Of a stretch of DNA of 64,000 nt, positions 60,489-64,000 are shown in pieces. Each line of letters opens with the position of its first letter. Within the stretch, counting starts at the first letter, position 1. The position numbers were made by a program, and so were the translations under genes. The stretch comes from an uncultured Eubacteriales bacterium. GTDB taxonomy: Bacteria; Acidobacteriota; Aminicenantia; Aminicenantales; UBA4085. The notes under the pieces are model-generated. The model searched no databases. It had not been told where the DNA came from and saw only the letters and a list, made by a program, of their open reading frames with translations. The stretch is taken from assembly GCA_964537875.1 (NCBI GenBank), contig CAZIDN010000007.1:6720-70719 (forward strand), written 5' to 3'.

Positions 60489-60616
60489 TTTAGATCCTCC
60501 TGAAAAAAATGGGGATAGATACTTGATTCGGGAAGCACGTACCTGTCCCTATTTTTTGTCCTCATTTTTGTGTGTCCCCATTTTTGTATACCCGTTTTTT
60601 CAGCTTCTTTTTAGCA

Positions 60617-61876
60617 TTATTTTGCGATAGTGTCTATGATTTCCTGGAGACCGATAAACAAGAAAAAGCCCAGGATCAAGATAAGAATGAGGTTCGTGAT
60701 CCATCTGTTTTTGAATTCCCTGCCGACCCAGGCCGGCCTGGTGTTCAGGAGAAGCAAGGTCAGTGCTAAAAGGGGCATGAAAAAAGCGCCCATCACCGCA
60801 TAGATAAGCTGGACCTGCTGCACTTTAAACCAGAGAAGATGGATGGGCACAAGGGCGAGGGCCAGCAGGTAACCCCGATATTCCTTGGTCTTGGTGATAT
60901 TTTTATCCCGGCTTTCGTCAAGGATGATGCCCCGCCGGAGATGGAGGAAGTCGGCAAACAAGTAAGGAACGCTCTGCCAGACTCCGAGAAGACTGGAAAA
61001 GACCGCGCCCCAGAATCCCCAGAGAAATATCCATTTCCCGGCCGGTCCCAGGACGCCGGCAAGCTGGTCGGCCAGGACGAGCGCCACAGTAGCGCCCTGG
61101 CCTTCGATCGTCACCCTGGACCCGATGATGACCATGGCGGCGCCAAAAAAAGCAGTCAATCCATAGCCTATCCCGAGGTCGAGACGGCAGTCCTTGACGC
61201 CTTGCCGGCCGGCCCTATTCTTCTCCCGAACCCAATAGCTGTAGGAAAGTAGCGTCACGGTCCCGCCGATCCCTCCCAGCACTCCCAGGAGCCAGGCGGT
61301 TCCTCCTCTGGGCAGGGCGGGATGGAAAATCGTTTTCCCTATCGCCGCCCAATCAGGCGATATCAAAAATACCGTCGATAAAACGGTCACGAACATGATC
61401 GCGGTCAGGAACGACATGGCAACCTGGAAGATCCTGAAGCCGCCGATCCAAACCAGCGTCAGTCCGACGACCGAATGGACGATCCCCCAAAAAATTTTCG
61501 AAGTTTGCGGATCGCCGATAGGAAGCAAGCCCACTCCGGCCACACCGCAGGCATTGATCAGGGCGCCGCCGACGCAATAAGACCAGAGAACAAAATAAAT
61601 AAAAAAGATCCATTGAACCCAGCGGCCGAGCCGCAGCACCCAGCCTTCGAGGACCGTCGTCCCGGTAGCCATCTGCCAGCGGGCGATGCCCTCTGCCAGG
61701 ACAAACTTGATGAAGGCGCCCCCCAGGGCCGCCCAGACCAAGACGACGCCGATCTGCGACCCGGCCAAGCTGGCCGTGATTAGATCGCCGGCCCCGACGC
61801 CCGTGGCCGCTACGACAAGACCCAGGATGATTTTTGAAAACCAGAAATCGCCTGAACGACTCGGTCTTTTGGACAT
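60617..61876 (-). CDS. NRAMP-family divalent metal (Mn2+/Fe2+) transporter-like membrane protein
   Basis: About 11 TM helices are predicted. An N-terminal GAGDLITASLAGSQ segment resembles the NRAMP DPGN region. The family call is by pattern only. Confidence 0.45.
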   Translation of the reverse strand: MSKRPSRSGDFWFSKIILGLVVAATGVGAGDLITASLAGSQIGVVLVWAALGGAFIKFVLAEGIARWQMATGTTVLEGWVLRLGRWVQWIFFIYFVLWSYCVGGALINACGVAGVGLLPIGDPQTSKIFWGIVHSVVGLTLVWIGGFRIFQVAMSFLTAIMFVTVLSTVFLISPDWAAIGKTIFHPALPRGGTAWLLGVLGGIGGTVTLLSYSYWVREKNRAGRQGVKDCRLDLGIGYGLTAFFGAAMVIIGSRVTIEGQGATVALVLADQLAGVLGPAGKWIFLWGFWGAVFSSLLGVWQSVPYLFADFLHLRRGIILDESRDKNITKTKEYRGYLLALALVPIHLLWFKVQQVQLIYAVMGAFFMPLLALTLLLLNTRPAWVGREFKNRWITNLILILILGFFLFIGLQEIIDTIAK

Positions 61877-61949
61877 TAATACTTGTTATTAAGGGCGTGA
61901 TTTTCCGACGGTTCCTATGATCACAGCCGAGGCGAATTTCAAGCCGGTC

Positions 61950-62216
61950 TCAATCCTCGACTTTTTCGACGATGATCGTCAATTTGGAAACAAGGGCGGC
62001 GATGGCCCCGACGGCGGCCACGACCGGCGCCAAAGCGGCTCCGACGATGCCTACCGTGAGCGGGATCTCCAGGAACGTCTTTCCTTCCTCATTCTTGAGG
62101 ATGATCCGGCGGATATTCCCCTGGTGGATAAGCTCCTTGAACTTGTTGAGGATCTCGCCGCCGGCGAGCTTGAACTCTTCGGTCCTTGTCTTTCCCGTCT
62201 TTTTTTCTTCGACCAT
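61950..62216 (-). CDS. DUF4342-like small protein
   Basis: An 88-aa protein with the pattern ...FKELIHQGNIRRIILKNEEGKTFLEIPLTVGIVGAALAPVVAAVGAIAAL... Confidence 0.35.
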   Translation of the reverse strand: MVEEKKTGKTRTEEFKLAGGEILNKFKELIHQGNIRRIILKNEEGKTFLEIPLTVGIVGAALAPVVAAVGAIAALVSKLTIIVEKVED

Positions 62217-62267
62217 GATTTTCTCCTCTATTTCAAGATACGTATTTTGCCGCCGCTTTGTTCAAAT

Positions 62268-63512
62268 TCAGCGGGCAAAATAGCCCAGACGATGGCTGAC
62301 GGAATTGTCTTTGTCCTTGACCCGGACAGAAATCGTTCTGAACGAGCCGTCTTTCTGCGCGTTCGTAGGGGTATAATAAAGGAGATAGTATTTTCCCGCA
62401 TTATCCGCTGCCTTTTTAAAGCCGGCGCCCGGGTTCTGAGAGCTATCCATCATGCCGCCCGTGACGCGGATGATCTGGTTGAAGATCCGGAAGACGTCTT
62501 CGGACTGTTCCCGCATCGTCACGCCGTACTGGTATTTGGCTGTGTTATCGATGAAGATGAAGTTGAAATTGGCGCCGCAGTCGGCAAAGGGCCGGCTGAT
62601 CTTGTTCAAGTCGAAACTGATGTCCCGGTTATAGAACTGGAAAAGCTCGGCCAAGCTGGCCCGGATGTCCTCCCGGTCCTGGTTGGCCATCATCAGCTGG
62701 TTCAAGATATTGCCGTTGATTTCCGGCCGGAATTCCCTTTGGTAGAAGAAAAAGACGAATTTCTGACCGCCGCCCGCTCTCAGGAGGTCGGCGAAGCTCA
62801 CGAATTTTTTGGGTTCGACGAGACGCAGGGCCTCGAGCTTCTGAACGGCTTCCTTATAGTGTGTCAGCATGAACTCGAGCGAGGACGTTCCTTCGGCGGA
62901 GAGAGCATCGACATCCCCCGCCGCGGGATCTTGATCGCGGCTCGCACCGGGGCCCGCGATCGTCCTGACAAGCCTTTTCAATTCATTGAGGAGAGATCTG
63001 TATTCACCGGCCCCCTTTTGGATATCCTTTCTCAAAAGGCTGTTCATTTCCTTGGCTAGGCTTTCGCGGGTCTTCGTTTTCAAGGCCTGCGGCGAGAGGG
63101 AGTACGGCTTCAGCGGCGTGATGAGAGTGACGCTGTCTCCGGGCTGGAGCACGTCCTTGAATAGATAATCGATCGCTTCTTCGATTTTGGCGAAGTACTC
63201 CGTCATCTGGAAAAACAGATAAAAAACCCTCGCCGTCTGCGGACGGAAGTTCGTCTCCGGCAACGCCTCCTCTCGGACGACTTGTCCTTTCTCGATCAGA
63301 TACAGCGCTTCGACCTTTTCTGGACGGCCGTCTTCCAAAAGCTCGAAGTCCTCCGGACGCAGGGTCTCGACAAATTGGTTTCCGCCGTAGACCCGCACAG
63401 GAACCTCAATGAGCACACTCTTGGCGGGCGGCGTTTGGGTCTGAGATGCGAACCCTAAAGACCACAGCAAAATAAGAAGGACGAACCATCGCGCGATAAC
63501 TCCACTTTTCAT
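62268..63512 (-). CDS. VWFA-related Acidobacterial domain protein (TIGR03436-like), secreted
   Basis: A signal peptide is present. The N-terminal VLIEVPVRVYGGNQFVETLRPEDFELLEDGRPEKVEALYL matches the characteristic V.V.V.D..G..V..L...DF.V.EDG..Q.I pattern of this Acidobacteria-expanded family. Confidence 0.4.
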   Translation of the reverse strand: MKSGVIARWFVLLILLWSLGFASQTQTPPAKSVLIEVPVRVYGGNQFVETLRPEDFELLEDGRPEKVEALYLIEKGQVVREEALPETNFRPQTARVFYLFFQMTEYFAKIEEAIDYLFKDVLQPGDSVTLITPLKPYSLSPQALKTKTRESLAKEMNSLLRKDIQKGAGEYRSLLNELKRLVRTIAGPGASRDQDPAAGDVDALSAEGTSSLEFMLTHYKEAVQKLEALRLVEPKKFVSFADLLRAGGGQKFVFFFYQREFRPEINGNILNQLMMANQDREDIRASLAELFQFYNRDISFDLNKISRPFADCGANFNFIFIDNTAKYQYGVTMREQSEDVFRIFNQIIRVTGGMMDSSQNPGAGFKKAADNAGKYYLLYYTPTNAQKDGSFRTISVRVKDKDNSVSHRLGYFAR

Positions 63513-63551
63513 TTTTTTGCCTCCTTGTTATTGAAACACATAAAAAAACAT

Positions 63552-64000
63552 CTACTTGCACTTCTCGATGAGAGCCTGGATAGCGGTCCTCTCTTCTTGA
63601 GTCAGTTTGTCTTTTTTAAGCTCAAGGTATTTCTGGAAACACTGAAGGGCCCTGGCCTTATTTCCTTTTTCCAGATAGGCCTGTCCCAAATTCAAGGTCG
63701 AAAAGTCATCGGCCGGGCTGGTTTCAATCGCTTTCTCCCAGGCGGCGATGGCCTCATCGCGATTGCCGGCCGTCTGGAATGCATAACCCAAACCCCTGAA
63801 GGCCAGGTTCATGGTGGGGTCAAGGGCGACGGCTCGGCGAAAATTTTCTACGGCGGCCGTGAGATTCTCCGGCTTCTGATTCTTGAAATACAAAGACAGG
63901 GACACCGCACCGATATTCGAATAAGCCAGGGCAAAGGTCTTATCGAGAGCGATCGCCTTGCCGAAATACTCCAAGGCTTTCTCGAATTCCCCCCTTCTCA
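63552..64000 (-). CDS. TPR-repeat protein (N-terminus beyond window end)
   Basis: Several TPR-like AxxYxxxGxAxxxxGxxxEAI repeats are present. The frame stays open to nt 64000 (...RRGEFEKALEYFGK...), so the tracked M is an internal Leu. Confidence 0.55.
   Translation of the reverse strand, partial: RRGEFEKALEYFGKAIALDKTFALAYSNIGAVSLSLYFKNQKPENLTAAVENFRRAVALDPTMNLAFRGLGYAFQTAGNRDEAIAAWEKAIETSPADDFSTLNLGQAYLEKGNKARALQCFQKYLELKKDKLTQEERTAIQALIEKCK

Noticed and set aside
61877-61949. Mn-sensing yybP-ykoY riboswitch upstream of the NRAMP-like transporter
   Set aside because: The upstream gap is only 73 nt, which is too short for the riboswitch, and has no recognisable conserved helices.
61917-63059. 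380-aa plus-strand ORF spanning the DUF4342-like and VWFA-related genes
   Set aside because: It runs antisense across two separate minus-strand genes and the intergenic gap between them. Its composition is typical of a spurious frame.

Overview
High-GC (~60%) bacterial chromosomal segment, probably Acidobacteriota. That lineage call is an inference from a VWFA-related acidobacterial-type domain protein, abundant TolB/PD40 propellers, TAT-secreted glycosidases and the anaerobe-type oxidative-stress genes.

Main content:
(i) A ~9.5 kb, 11-gene operon for a group 4 energy-converting [NiFe]-hydrogenase. It has three NuoL/M/N-type antiporter-like subunits, MnhB/NuoK/NuoA-like small membrane subunits, and NuoB/C/D/H/I homologues. 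The NuoD-like large subunit retains both NiFe-ligating CxxC motifs (RICGIC... and DPCICCAER) plus a cleavable C-terminal tail. A HycI-type maturation endopeptidase gene follows.
(ii) A Fur/PerR-family regulator, desulfoferrodoxin and rubrerythrin operon, with a perfect 7-1-7 PerR-box-like palindrome overlapping a leaderless start.
(iii) A large glycan- and peptide-degradation neighbourhood: GH130, GH172/DUF2961, GH38, GH127, GH3, DUF1080, GHL10, a CBM9-like protein, tricorn-like, M48, S9 and GGT peptidases.
(iv) A signalling cluster: a 1679-aa multi-PAS hybrid histidine kinase, an HD-GYP response regulator, a CheY-like receiver and a PAS histidine kinase. A zinc-ribbon Ser/Thr kinase lies elsewhere.
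(v) Signal peptidase I, an NRAMP-type transporter and others.

The most unusual signal is non-coding. Two unrelated families of structured intergenic repeats occur four times each. Family A (~70-85 bp) has a conserved closing stem GGGGTCAAA/TTTGACCCC, a conserved loop and a copy-specific inner stem that co-varies. Family B (~125-138 bp) has a ~75-nt near-identical GC-rich core forming two 8-bp hairpins, enclosed by long outer stems (19-31 bp; perfect in three copies) whose sequences are completely different in every copy. Compensatory variation of this kind argues for a selected RNA/DNA structure, or a palindrome-targeting or palindrome-generating mobile element. It does not look like a classical MITE, REP or CRISPR.

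Other oddities: an AT-rich islet carrying a HicB/UPF0150-like orphan gene bracketed by two family-A elements; an orphan 60-aa gene with a perfect consensus sigma70 promoter; a NuoN C-terminal remnant upstream of the hydrogenase operon; an HExxH-PD40-Omp85 fusion outer-membrane protein; and a 253-bp MITE-like element with 17-bp terminal inverted repeats. No rRNA, tRNA or CRISPR array was recognised. Many long antisense ORFs in the six-frame track are high-GC artefacts.
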